A stretch of DNA of 64,000 nucleotides from an uncultured delta proteobacterium (GTDB taxonomy: Bacteria > Myxococcota_A > Polyangia > Polyangiales > Polyangiaceae), in assembly GCA_963806225.1 (NCBI GenBank), contig CAWDXG010000004.1:2688001-2752000 (forward strand), in the 5' to 3' direction. A program made the position numbers and the translations under genes. The notes beneath the pieces are model-generated. The model saw only the letters and a program-made list of their open reading frames with translations. It searched no databases and was not told the DNA's origin. Positions 10,425 to 20,527 of the stretch are shown here, piece after piece (the first letter of the stretch is position 1; every line of letters begins with the position of its first letter).

Positions 10425-11314
10425 CGTGGTGCCTCGAGGGCCTGCTCTGCCGCCTCGCGCATCGACCCGCGCGGCGGCTCGACGCCGAGCCACAGCGACA
10501 AGGCCCGCGCCGCCTGCCCGACGAGCATGCCGAGGCCGCCCTCCGCCCGGACCCCGGCGGCGTTCGCAGCCTCGAGGAAAGCAGTGACGGGCGGATTGTA
10601 GACCACGTCGAAAGCCAGCGTGCCGGCCGCGAGCCTCGGCCAGGGCACGATGTCGCGCACCGAGCCGCCGTTGCCCACGCCGAGCATGCCAGCGCTGGTC
10701 GCCTGCACGATGATCTGGCTCGAACAGACCAGTGTGTCCCAGGCGTCGCCAGCACTTCCGGCACGCGCCGGGACGGGCTCGGCCGGCCAGGGCAGGACGG
10801 TCGCACCGGCTTTCCGGAACTCTGCTGCGCGCGACCACCCGGCGGGACTTTCCGCCGCGCGCCAGGCGCGGGCCACGACGCCCACGCTACCCACACCGAC
10901 CGAACGGCACGCGGCCACCGCAGCGAGCGCCGCGCCTCCGTTGCCGATCACGGCGGCCACCCGCGCGCCCGCCGCCCGCTCGCCGAGCTCGTCGGCGAGC
11001 GCGAGCACGTCGGTGTTGTAGGCGACGACCTGGCTGCCTTCGCGTGCCAGGACGTTGGCAGCTCCCGTGCTGGCTGCGAGCGGATGCGCGCGGTCGGCGA
11101 GCTCGAGAGCGAGTCGCTTGTAGGGCACGGTCACGTTCGCCCCGGCGATCCGGCCGCGCCTGAGCTCGTCGACGATCCCGCGCACCGCCGTTTCGTCCAC
11201 GGCATCGACGAGAGCGTATTCGTGGGGCAGGCCGAGCGCGCGGTACGCCGCGCGGTGGATCACGGGCGACAGCGAGTGGCCCACGGGGTGGCCGATCAGC
11301 ACGAAGCGGCTCAT
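10421..11314 (-). CDS. aroE: Shikimate dehydrogenase
   Basis: IGHPVGHSLSP, GANVTVPYK, GAANVL, NTD, GNGGAA, DVVYNP, GLGMLVGQA. Confidence 0.93.
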   Translation of the reverse strand: MSRFVLIGHPVGHSLSPVIHRAAYRALGLPHEYALVDAVDETAVRGIVDELRRGRIAGANVTVPYKRLALELADRAHPLAASTGAANVLAREGSQVVAYNTDVLALADELGERAAGARVAAVIGNGGAALAAVAACRSVGVGSVGVVARAWRAAESPAGWSRAAEFRKAGATVLPWPAEPVPARAGSAGDAWDTLVCSSQIIVQATSAGMLGVGNGGSVRDIVPWPRLAAGTLAFDVVYNPPVTAFLEAANAAGVRAEGGLGMLVGQAARALSLWLGVEPPRGSMREAAEQALEAPR

Positions 11315-12670
11315 CCTGCCGGTGGCTCCCCTTCCGCGCCCTCGAGCGCGGTCACACTGGCGTCGATCGAGCCCTGGTGCAGGCGCACCTCGATGGCATC
11401 GCCCACGCGCACGTCAGAGGCGCGGCGGATTGCCCGACCGTCGCTGCGCGTGGCGATCGCGTAGCCGCGCCCCAGCACCGCCAACGGCGACAGTGAATCG
11501 AGCTCCGCGACCCGGGTCGACAGGCTCGACCCGGCGGACGACACGCGCATGCGGATGGCGCTGCCGAGCCGCGCGGACAGCGGCGATAGCTCTCCGCGCG
11601 CGCGGGCGAGAACAGCACGCGGATGCTGTGCCGACAGGCGGCGATGCAGGGCCTCGAGCCGCGCGCGGCGGCGTGCAAGCGTGCCCTTCTCGTGCCGCTC
11701 CATGCGCAGCACGAGCTCGTCGAGATCCTGCTGCCGTTCGGTAATCACGAAGCGCGGGTCCGACAGCGCGCTGCGGAGCTCGCTCACGGTCGCGCGGTCT
11801 TCCATGAGCCTCGAGCGCATCGCGCGGGCGAGAGCAGTGGACAGGCGCGAGAGCAGCTCGCTGCGCGAGCGCGAGATCGGGGATCACCAGCTCGGCGGCC
11901 TCGGACGGCGTTGCGGCGCGTACGTCGGCGGCCAGATCGGTGAGCGAGAGGTCGATCTCGTGGCCGACCGCGCTGACCACGGGCACGCGCACGGCGGCCA
12001 CGCGGCGCACCACGCGCTCGTCGTTGAACGCCATCAGATCGTCAGCGGAGCCCCCGCCGCGACCGACGATCAGCACCTCCAGGCCCGGGTAGCGCTCGAT
12101 CAGATCGATCGCGCCGAGGATGCTGTTGGGCGCGCCCTCGCCCTGCACCTGCGCGGGGCTGAGCACGATGCGCGCACCGCCGCGGCGGAATGCGACCGTG
12201 CAGATGTCGTGGAACGCGGCGCCGGCGCTGCTGGTCACGACGCCGACGACGCGAGGCTCGGCCGGCAGCGCGCGCTTGCGCTCGGCCGCAAAGAGGCCCT
12301 CCTCGGCGAGGCGCTGCTTGAGCTTCTCGAGCGCCTCGAGCAGCGCCCCGCGCCCGGCGGCTCGCGCGCGGTCGACCGAAAACTGCAGCCGTCCGCGCGG
12401 CGCCCACAACGTGGCGCGACCGAGGAGCTGGACGCGCGCGCCTTCTTCGAGGATGCGGCGCGCACGCTGGGCGTTGAAGCGGTACATGACGCAGTCGATG
12501 ACCGCGTCTTCTCGCTCGTCCTTGAGCGTGAAATAGACGTGCCCGCTCGCGGCGCGTTTGAAGGAGCCGATCTCGCCCTCGACCCACTCGCGTCCCGTCG
12601 CGCCCTCCACGGCGCGCTTCAGTCGCCGGTCCAGCTCGGCGACGCTGATGACCTCCTCGGGGGCTCCCAC
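11311..12670 (-). CDS. xseA: Exodeoxyribonuclease VII large subunit; frameshift near 11860
   Basis: WVEGEI, SGHVYFTLKD, GRGGGSADDLMAFNDE, SAVGHEID, RAATPSEAAE and C-terminal LSPLAVLGRGYAI in ORF 11311..11820. Confidence 0.93.
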
Positions 12671-12798
12671 GCGGGCAGGCTTATAGCAGGGGAAGCGCGC
12701 GCGCGCTCTGGGCCCCGCCGCCTCGCCAGCGCCGCCACAGATACCCAGAATTGCTGGGATTTCCAGGGCCCCGAGGGCCGGCGCGGCGACCCCGGCCC

Positions 12799-13008
12799 TC
12801 AGGCGCCGAGCAGGAACAGGCCGACGAACGTGCCGGCCAGGCCGGCCAGCAACACCGCGAGCAGGAGCCCCGTGCTGGCAAAGCCGGCGGAGGACGGCTC
12901 GCCGACCTCGACCGAGCTGACCCAGGGCGGCGGATTGAAGTCCCCGCGCGGCACGCTGGGCAGCGTGATCTCGTCCCAGGCGGGGTCGAGCGCGGCGGGG
13001 GGATTCAT
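12799..13008 (-). CDS. Small hypothetical membrane protein (69 aa, C-terminal TM helix)
   Basis: GGGAG RBS just upstream of the ATG; hydrophobic C-terminus GLLLAVLLAGLAGTFVGLFLLGA. Confidence 0.5.
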   Translation of the reverse strand: MNPPAALDPAWDEITLPSVPRGDFNPPPWVSSVEVGEPSSAGFASTGLLLAVLLAGLAGTFVGLFLLGA

Positions 13009-13281
13009 GCGCTCCCTATTACCTCATCGCGGAAGATTGGGCGAGCCGGGACCAGCGCGTGGGAACAACGGCAGGAGGGCGCTGTCTATCCTGACAACAA
13101 CCGAGCTCGCTGGAAAGCAGCGCAGCAAGCCACCGCCGGCACTCCACCCCTCACGGGTGGGAGCGACGAAGCCCGCAAGGGGAGCGGAGCCGGTGCCATC
13201 GGACGAACGTGGACCCCGGTCCCGCCGCCGACCCGGCCGAGCCCTACCCCGAGACCGCCGAAACGGCCCGAGGAGACAGAC

Positions 13282-14910
13282 ATGACCATCAACCATCCGA
13301 ATCCCTTCGCAACAGCCAATCCGTTCGACGCCGGCGCCTTCGAGCTGGACGCGAACAATCCCTTCGCCGCCGGCGCGGCCCGACGCGAACCCACGCCGGT
13401 GCCGGACGACGCGCCGCCCGGCACGTACACGTACTCGCTCGTGCAGAGCGGTCCCCCGGTAGCCGAGGAAGACGTCGAACAGACCGGCGTGGAGGCCGTC
13501 GAGATCACGACGCTGTGGGGCGACGGCGTGCTGCACGTCGCGCACCTCTCGCCGCCGAAGAGCTTCTACGTCGGCGAGGAGCAGAAGAAGCACCTCGCCT
13601 GCGATCTGTTCATTCCCGCCGAGCGGCTGGGAACGACGCGCATGCCGGTGGTGCTCGCGGACCGCTCGGGCACGCGGCTCGTGATCCCGCCGGGGGCGAG
13701 CGGGCACGTCGAGCTGCCGGGACGCGGGCGTATGACGCTCGACGAAGCGCGGGAGATGTCGCAACCGTCGGTCGAGGTGAGCGGCGGGCACGAGCTCGAG
13801 CTGCCGCACGGCGCGCGTGCCCGCATCGAGCTCGATGGCTTCACGTTCCAGGTCGGCGCCGTCACTGCGGGCAAGCCGGCGAAGCGCGGCGTCGCCGCGG
13901 TGCAGGACTGGGCGCTCGCCAGCTCGTTCGGTCTGTCGCTGCTGGGCGCCGCGGCGATGGTCGCGGCGATGGCGTTCTTCGTGCCACCGCTTGGTCTGAC
14001 GGAGGACGACGGCGCCGACGCAACGCGCTTCATCACCATCCAGCAGTATCTCAAGAGCAGCGCCGAACGAGAGCAGGAGCAGAAGGACGAGAAGACCGCC
14101 GACGCCGACAGCAAGAACCACGAGGGAGGAACGGGAACGCAGGCCAAGGGCTCCGAAGGAAAGATGGGCAACCCGCTCAAGGCCAATGCGAACAAGCGCT
14201 GGTCGGTCAAGGGACCGGCGGACAATCCCGACCCGCATCTGTCGCACCAGGAAGCGCTGCGCGAAGCGCAGAGCATCGGCATGATTGGCCTGCTCAACAC
14301 CATGAACGGCTCGGTGAACACACCGACCGCGCCCTGGGGCCGCGACACCGCACTCGGCGTGGATGACGCGAACCACCAGGGCAACATGTGGGGCGAGCAG
14401 ATCGGCGACAGCGGCGGCACGGGCGGCCTGGGTCTTTCCGGCATCGGCGAAGGCGGCGGCGGCTTCGGTGAGGGCCTGGGCCTGGGAGCCATCGGCACGA
14501 TGGGCCACGGCAACGGCCTGGGCCCCGGGCAGGGCTTCGGCAACGGCGCCGGACACCTCGGCGGCACGCACCATCCCAAGTCGCCGCCCAGGATGCGCGT
14601 CGGAGCCACGACCGTCAGCGGTCACCTGCCGCCGGAAGCGATCCAGCGCGTGGTGCGGCAGAACTACGGTCGCTTCCGCATGTGCTTCGAGCAGGGCCTC
14701 GCGCGCAACCCGAACCTGCAGGGTCGCGTGACGGCGCGCTTCGTGATCGGCCGTGACGGCGCCGTCAGCAACGTCTCGAACGGCGGCTCGGATCTGCCGG
14801 ACTCCGGCGTCGTGTCCTGCGTCGTGAGCACGTACTACGGCCTGAGCTTCCCCTCGCCCGACGACGGCATCGTCACCGTCGTCTATCCCATCATGTTCTC
14901 CCCGGGCTGA
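13282..14910 (+). CDS. AgmX/PglI C-terminal (TonB-C-like) domain membrane protein, GltG-like gliding-motility family
   Basis: AGGAG RBS; one TM helix, Gly-rich linker, C-terminal LPPEAIQRVVRQNYGRFRMCFEQGLARNPNLQGRV...FVIGRDG...YPIMFSP. Confidence 0.85.
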   Translation: MTINHPNPFATANPFDAGAFELDANNPFAAGAARREPTPVPDDAPPGTYTYSLVQSGPPVAEEDVEQTGVEAVEITTLWGDGVLHVAHLSPPKSFYVGEEQKKHLACDLFIPAERLGTTRMPVVLADRSGTRLVIPPGASGHVELPGRGRMTLDEAREMSQPSVEVSGGHELELPHGARARIELDGFTFQVGAVTAGKPAKRGVAAVQDWALASSFGLSLLGAAAMVAAMAFFVPPLGLTEDDGADATRFITIQQYLKSSAEREQEQKDEKTADADSKNHEGGTGTQAKGSEGKMGNPLKANANKRWSVKGPADNPDPHLSHQEALREAQSIGMIGLLNTMNGSVNTPTAPWGRDTALGVDDANHQGNMWGEQIGDSGGTGGLGLSGIGEGGGGFGEGLGLGAIGTMGHGNGLGPGQGFGNGAGHLGGTHHPKSPPRMRVGATTVSGHLPPEAIQRVVRQNYGRFRMCFEQGLARNPNLQGRVTARFVIGRDGAVSNVSNGGSDLPDSGVVSCVVSTYYGLSFPSPDDGIVTVVYPIMFSPG

Positions 14911-14932
14911 GCCGACACTTCGCCAGGGAGCC

Positions 14933-14972
14933 CGCCCCTCCACGCCGCGCGCGTGGAGGGGCGTGGTCTTTT
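14933..14972 (+). terminator. Intrinsic terminator
   Basis: CGCCCCTCCACGC-CGCGC-GCGTGGAGGGGCG (13 bp stem) followed by TGGTCTTTT, just after the stop at 14910. Confidence 0.65.
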
Positions 14973-15005
14973 CATGGTGGCCCCGATGTTGCACAGCGCG
15001 AGCGC

Positions 15006-15791
15006 ATGCCGAATGCGTTTCTGCGCGAGGTGGAGCAGGAAATCGAGCGACTGCACCGGATGCCGGCCGCACCAGTGGACTTCGAGCGGCTGCCGGCGGC
15101 CGTCCGGAGCTACTACGCGAAAAGCGTGCGCTCCGGAGTAGCCGAGGCGCGCGTTGTGCGGCTCACGCAGACCGGCGAGATGCAGCTCGCGCCCGACAAA
15201 CCGCCCGTCGCGTTCACGTCGACGGAGCATTTCGCCACACATGAGGTCGCGTTTGTCTGGAACGCACGCGTGCGCATGGCGCCGATGGTCGGCGCCGTCG
15301 TGGTCGATCGCTTCGCGCACGGGCGCGGGATGCTCGACGCGCGGCTGTTCGGCACGCTGAGCATGGCGCATGATTCCGGACCGGACACGGACGTTGGCGA
15401 AGCGCAGCGCTACCTCGCCGAGCTTCCCTGGGTGCCGCAGGCGATCGCCTTGAACGCGGAGCTCCAGTGGCGGAGCATCGACGACCGCAAGCTCGAGCTC
15501 GGCGCCAGCATCAACGGCGCACGCGCGGTGGTCACGCTCAAGCTCGACGCAGCGGGCGACATCGCGACCGCGACGGCGCGCCGCCCGCGAGCGGTGGGTG
15601 CGAACAGTGTGCTGACACCGTGGGGCGGCGTATTCTCCGCGTATCGCGAGCTGGGTGGCCTGCGCGTGCCGACCCACGCAGAGGTGTGGTGGGACCTGCC
15701 CGAAGGGCGCTTCGTGTACTGGCGCGGCGACGTCACGGGCGTCCTCTGCCGAGTAGCCCGACCTCCCGCTCCGGCAGGCGCCGTGCTATGA
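15006..15791 (+). CDS. DUF6544-like hypothetical protein
   Basis: LPAAVRSY, VRLTQTGEM, FVWNARVRMAP, RYLAELPWVPQA, GLRVPTHAEVWW. Confidence 0.7.
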   Translation: MPNAFLREVEQEIERLHRMPAAPVDFERLPAAVRSYYAKSVRSGVAEARVVRLTQTGEMQLAPDKPPVAFTSTEHFATHEVAFVWNARVRMAPMVGAVVVDRFAHGRGMLDARLFGTLSMAHDSGPDTDVGEAQRYLAELPWVPQAIALNAELQWRSIDDRKLELGASINGARAVVTLKLDAAGDIATATARRPRAVGANSVLTPWGGVFSAYRELGGLRVPTHAEVWWDLPEGRFVYWRGDVTGVLCRVARPPAPAGAVL

Positions 15792-15801
15792 CGCGCGCCT
15801 C

Positions 15802-17311
15802 ATGTTGAAGAAGGTATCTGATCGCGAATCGCGGGGAAATCGCTGTCCGCATCGCACGGACGCTGCGCGAGATGGGCATCGTTTCGGTGGCGGTGTACAG
15901 CGAGCCGGACCGCGACGCGCTGCACGTGCGCATGGCCGACGAGGCCTACGGGATCGGCCCCGCCGCGGCCGCGGAGAGCTACCTGCGCATCGACAAGATC
16001 ATCGACGCCGCGAAGCGCGCCGGCTGCGACGGTTTGATCCCCGGCTACGGCTTCCTGTCGGAAAACCCCGAGCTACCCGAAGCCTGCGAGCGCGCCGGGA
16101 TCACCTTCGTCGGCCCGCCGGCGAGCGCCATGCGCGCGATGGGCCTGAAGACGGCGGCGCGCGAGAAGATGAGCGCGGCGGGGGTGCCGATCGTGCCGGG
16201 CGGAAACGCGAACACAGTGGACGAGGCGAAAGCCACTGCGAAGCGCATCGGCTACCCGGTGATGCTCAAGGCCACCGCTGGCGGCGGCGGCAAGGGCATG
16301 CGGCTGGTGCACAAGGAGGAGGAGCTAGCCGGCGCGCTCGAGCGCGCGAGGAGCGAAGCGAAGAAGTCGTTCGGCGACGAGACCGTCTACATCGAAAAGG
16401 CGATCATCCGACCGCGTCACGTCGAGATCCAGGTGATGGGCGACCGCGACGGAAACATCGTGCACCTGTTCGAGCGCGACTGCTCGATCCAGCGCCGCCA
16501 CCAGAAAGTGGTGGAGGAATCGCCATGTCCAGCCATCGACGAGGACATCGTGCGGCGCATGGGCGAGGTCGCCGTCGCGGGCGCCAAGGCAGTGGGCTAC
16601 TTCTCGGCGGGGACGTTCGAGTTTCTGCTTTCACAGGACAAGTCGTTCTACTTCCTCGAGATGAACACGCGCCTGCAGGTCGAGCACCCGATCACGGAGC
16701 TCCGCACCGGGACGGATCTGGTGCGCGAGATGGTGCGCGTCGCTTCGGGCGAGCGGCTCGAGTGGGAGCAGCAGGACATCGGTCACCGCGGCGCGGCGAT
16801 CGAGTGCCGCATCTACGCCGAGGATCCGGCCAGCGGCTTCCTGCCGAGCCCGGGCACCATCCGGCGGTTGATCACCCCGAGCGGGCCGGGCGTGCGCGAC
16901 GACAGCGGCGCCTACGAGGGCTGCACCATCAGCGCCAACTACGATCCGCTCATCAGCAAGCTGTGCGTGTGGGCGCCGGACCGCGCGCGCGCCGTCGAGC
17001 GCATGCGCCGCGCGCTCACCGAGTACGTGGTCAGCGGCATCCGCACCAACCTGCCCTTCCACGAGCGGCTGCTGTCGCACCCGGAGTTCATCGCCGGCGA
17101 CTACGACACCAGCTTCATCGACCGCCACAAGGACGAGCTCCTGAAGGGCGCGACGGTGCCGGCCAACGAGCGCACGGCCTACGCCGCCGCCATCGCCGTC
17201 GCCGCCTTCCGCGCCGAGCACCAGGGCAAGCGCCCCAACGGTGTGGGCGGCTCGGGAAAGGGCGGGCTCTCGCCCTGGGTCGCCTCGCACCGTGCGCGGC
17301 TCGGGCGCTAG
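15802..17311 (+). CDS. accC: Biotin carboxylase subunit of an acyl-CoA carboxylase; frameshift near 15817
   Basis: MLKKV|LIANRGEIAVRI split across frames; PGYGFLSEN, GGGGKGMR, ERDCSIQRRHQK, EMNTRLQVEHP. Confidence 0.88.
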
Positions 17312-17341
17312 CGCCGCACCAGGCGAGAGATTTTCGGCCCC

Positions 17342-18166
17342 ATGCGAGAGCGCTTCCGGCGGATCCTCGAGACGTGCGAGCCGTACGTGGTGCGTTCGGG
17401 GCACGGGGGCGTGGGGCAGCTCGGATCGGTGCCGGGGCTCGAGCTCGATCCAGCGGTGTGTTTCGATCCGCTGCGGGCCGGGAGCGCGTCGTTCCTGAAC
17501 ATCCTCTCGCGGCTCGACGAGATGACGTTCGGCCCGGTGGGCATGCCCATGCCGCGCTGGGTCTTCTACGACTGTGCCGAGTCGCCCGGAGGGATATTCG
17601 GCTTCGCGCGGCGCGCCGAGGCGGTGCCCGACTGGGTGCGCCGCGCGCTCCGGCTCGAGCCGTCGTACACCGGGCCCGTTCCGCTTTCGATGTACGTCGC
17701 GATCCCCATGCTCGAGCCGGGGTGCTGGCACACCTACACGCTCTGCTCGCTCAACGAGGTCGCACCGGGGGCGGGCCCGGCCAACCTGCGCCTGCTCACC
17801 GAGGCGCTGGCCCTCGAGCTGTTCGGCATCCAGACCGTCTGCGGAGCCACCCAGTGGCGCTCGCCAAAGCTCTCGGTGCACACGCGCTTCGGACCGCTCG
17901 AGCTCATGACCGCGTGGACACCCGCCCACAGCGACCCGGCGACGCTCACCTTCCGCTGCCCCATCACGGACGAGCGCATCGAGCGTGCCCTGGGTCCCGA
18001 TGCGGAAGCACCATCGCCCGATCGCTGGCTCGACTGCGACGACGTCGACGAGCTCTGCCGGGTGCAGCGCGAGATCGAGGCGGGTGCCCGCTACCAGGTG
18101 ATCGGCGGCCCGGTGGTGGACGGCTCCTTCATGCGCGTGCCGGTCTCGGTGGAGGCGGCGTCGTGA
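17342..18166 (+). CDS. Hypothetical protein (paralog A)
   Basis: 274 aa ORF sharing long motifs with the next gene (TFGPxGMPMPRWVFYDCAE, PLSMY, GATQW, HTRFGPL, TAWTPAHS). Confidence 0.8.
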   Translation: MRERFRRILETCEPYVVRSGHGGVGQLGSVPGLELDPAVCFDPLRAGSASFLNILSRLDEMTFGPVGMPMPRWVFYDCAESPGGIFGFARRAEAVPDWVRRALRLEPSYTGPVPLSMYVAIPMLEPGCWHTYTLCSLNEVAPGAGPANLRLLTEALALELFGIQTVCGATQWRSPKLSVHTRFGPLELMTAWTPAHSDPATLTFRCPITDERIERALGPDAEAPSPDRWLDCDDVDELCRVQREIEAGARYQVIGGPVVDGSFMRVPVSVEAAS

Positions 18167-19002
18167 AGCTGTCGATCCCCACGCGCAACGACGCCATGCT
18201 GTCCAGGCTCGAACCCTTCGTCGTCGCGCTGCCGTCGCACGCAGCGCGGCTCGAGCTCCAACCCTTCGGGCTCGACATCCCGGCCGACCACGTCATCGAT
18301 CCGACGCGGATGGCTTCGGAGGGCTTTCTGCATCGACTGCAGACCCTCGATCAGCTCACCTTCGGTCCGGAGGGGATGCCGATGCCGCGCTGGGTCTTCT
18401 ACGACTGCGCCGAGCTTCCTGGTGCCATCTTCGGCTTTGCAATGCCCGCTCGCGCCCTCCCCGCCGACGTGTGCCGGCAATTGGGCGCCGTAGACCTGGA
18501 CGCTCTGGTGCCGCTGTCGATGTACATCGCCATCCCGATGAAGCCGCCGGCGGTGTGGTTCGGCCACAACCTGGCATCGCTCAATCCCGTCTTCCCCGAT
18601 CTCGATCTGACCGGCCTGGCCAGCATCACCAAGGCCGTGGGCCTGGCGGTCTTCCGCTGCGCTACCCAGTTCGGAGCCACCCAGTGGGACTCGGAGGCAC
18701 TGCACATCCACACGCGCTTCGGGCCGCTGGATCTGATCACCGCCTGGACGCCGGCGCACTCCGAGGCCGCCACTCTCACCTATCGTTTCGACATCACCGA
18801 GGAGCGCCTCCGACACGCGCTGGGCGATCCCGCTGCGAAGCTCGCGTATCCCGAGCCCGACCTGGAGGTCGACCAGGCGGACGAAGCGCTCATGCAACGG
18901 CTGCAGGCGGAGATCGAGCAGGGCGCCCGCTACGTGGTGGCCGGGCGCCCACGGCGCGTGTCCGGGCACCAGCGAGTTCCGCTGGCCAAGTCGAGCAGCT
19001 GA
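18163..19002 (+). CDS. Hypothetical protein (paralog B)
   Basis: GTG start overlaps the upstream stop (GTGA); last 279 codons of ORF 15802..19002; same motifs as paralog A. Confidence 0.8.
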   Translation: MKLSIPTRNDAMLSRLEPFVVALPSHAARLELQPFGLDIPADHVIDPTRMASEGFLHRLQTLDQLTFGPEGMPMPRWVFYDCAELPGAIFGFAMPARALPADVCRQLGAVDLDALVPLSMYIAIPMKPPAVWFGHNLASLNPVFPDLDLTGLASITKAVGLAVFRCATQFGATQWDSEALHIHTRFGPLDLITAWTPAHSEAATLTYRFDITEERLRHALGDPAAKLAYPEPDLEVDQADEALMQRLQAEIEQGARYVVAGRPRRVSGHQRVPLAKSSS

Positions 19003-19158
19003 CGGCAGAGCCTGCCCGCGCGTCACCGGCCGCTCGACAATGACGGGCGTCACGCGCCAGCTGCGGAGGCAGCATCCCTTGTCAGCATCCCGGAGAAGCC
19101 ACATCTTGAAATGCGTGGGCTGCGTTCGTGCACTGCCCCCACACGAAGGAGATGCGTC

Positions 19159-19347
19159 ATGCAGCTGGAGCTCGATCGCAAGGAAGCCTCGGCGCTGGAC
19201 GGAGCGCTCCGCCGCTATCTGGACCTTCAGATGACCGAAATCGCACACACCGAGCAGCACGACGTGCGCGTCGCGCTCAAGACAGACTACGAACAGGTCG
19301 AGAAACTCGAGCGGCGTCTGAAGAACCTGCTGGAGACACCCGGCTGA
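19159..19347 (+). CDS. Small helical hypothetical protein (62 aa)
   Basis: AAGGAG RBS; MQLELDRKEASAL...EIAHTE...LERRL. Confidence 0.65.
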   Translation: MQLELDRKEASALDGALRRYLDLQMTEIAHTEQHDVRVALKTDYEQVEKLERRLKNLLETPG

Positions 19348-19369
19348 AGCCGGCTATCTTCCGGGGCCC

Positions 19370-20527
19370 ATGGCCCCATTGAACGGAATCCGCGTCCTCG
19401 ATCTCACCCGCCTGCTGCCCGGCCCGTTCGCGTCGCTGGTGCTCGCCGATCTGGGCGCCCAGGTCGACAAGCTGGAGGACTCGGGCGGAGGCGACTACAT
19501 GCGGCTCACGCCGCCGCTGGTCGGCGGCATGAGCGCGGGCTTCCATGCGCTCAACCGCGGCAAGCGCAGCCTGGTGCTCGACCTCAAGAAGGCCGCGGGC
19601 GTGGCGGCGTTCAAGCGGCTCGTCAAGAGCTACGACGTGGTGTTCGAGCAGTTCCGCCCCGGCGTGCTCGAGCGGCTCGGCTGCGGCCACGACGCGCTGC
19701 TCGCGGAAAATCCGCGCCTCGTGGTCTGCGCACTGACCGGCTACGGGCAGGAGGGGCCGCTCGCGCAGCGCGCCGGCCACGATCTGAACTACCTGGCGCG
19801 CTCGGGGCTGCTCGGACTGATGGGCCCGACCGAAGGCGCGCCGCAGATACCGAGCTTCCAGCTGGCGGACGTGAGCGGCGGGCTGTGGAGCGTAGTCGCG
19901 ATCCTGGCCGCGCTCAGAGAGCGCGATCAGACGGGCAAGGGCCGCTTCCTCGACATCGGCATGATCGACTCGGTGATCCCGTTCGGGACGGTGGTCTTGA
20001 GCAGGCTCCTGGGCGGCGAGCTGCCACAGCGCGGCAACGAGATCCTGACGGGCGGCATCGCGCCCTACAACACCTACGTGACGAAGGACGGCGAGTCGAT
20101 GAGCCTCGGGTCGCTGGAACCCAAGTTCCTGATGAAGTTCTGCCAGGGCGCCGGCATCGAGGTCGACATGAGCGCGCTTCTGCCCGGCCCACACCAGGCA
20201 GCGCTCAAGCAGCGCTTTGCCGAGGTGTTCGCCTCGAAGACGCGCGCCGAGTGGGAGGCCTTCAACGAGCAGCACGACTGCTGTCTGGAGCCAGTGCTGC
20301 GCCCCGACGAGCTCAGGGCCGACCCACACCTGTCGGCGCGCGGCGTATTTTTCGACGTGGAAACCGGCGACGGCAAGGTCGGCCAGTTCCGCACGCCGGT
20401 CACCCCGCGCGACCTCGAAGCCCGCCCGGCCCCGGCCCAGGGCGAGCACACCGACGCGATCCTCACGGAGGCGGGGTTCAGCGCCGAGGAGATCGCGGCG
20501 CTGATGAACGAAGGCGCGACGCGCTAG
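19370..20527 (+). CDS. CoA-transferase family III (CaiB/BaiF, alpha-methylacyl-CoA racemase-like)
   Basis: LNGIRVLDLTRLLPGP, LNRGKRS, FRPGVLERLG, AGHDLNY. Confidence 0.92.
   Translation: MAPLNGIRVLDLTRLLPGPFASLVLADLGAQVDKLEDSGGGDYMRLTPPLVGGMSAGFHALNRGKRSLVLDLKKAAGVAAFKRLVKSYDVVFEQFRPGVLERLGCGHDALLAENPRLVVCALTGYGQEGPLAQRAGHDLNYLARSGLLGLMGPTEGAPQIPSFQLADVSGGLWSVVAILAALRERDQTGKGRFLDIGMIDSVIPFGTVVLSRLLGGELPQRGNEILTGGIAPYNTYVTKDGESMSLGSLEPKFLMKFCQGAGIEVDMSALLPGPHQAALKQRFAEVFASKTRAEWEAFNEQHDCCLEPVLRPDELRADPHLSARGVFFDVETGDGKVGQFRTPVTPRDLEARPAPAQGEHTDAILTEAGFSAEEIAALMNEGATR

Noticed and set aside
11311..12670. xseA without an adjacent xseB
   Set aside because: The two genes are often unlinked; not informative from one window
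15802..19002. 1066 aa ORF as one fusion protein
   Set aside because: It combines the first five codons of the biotin carboxylase, an off-frame shadow, and the real gene starting at GTG 18163
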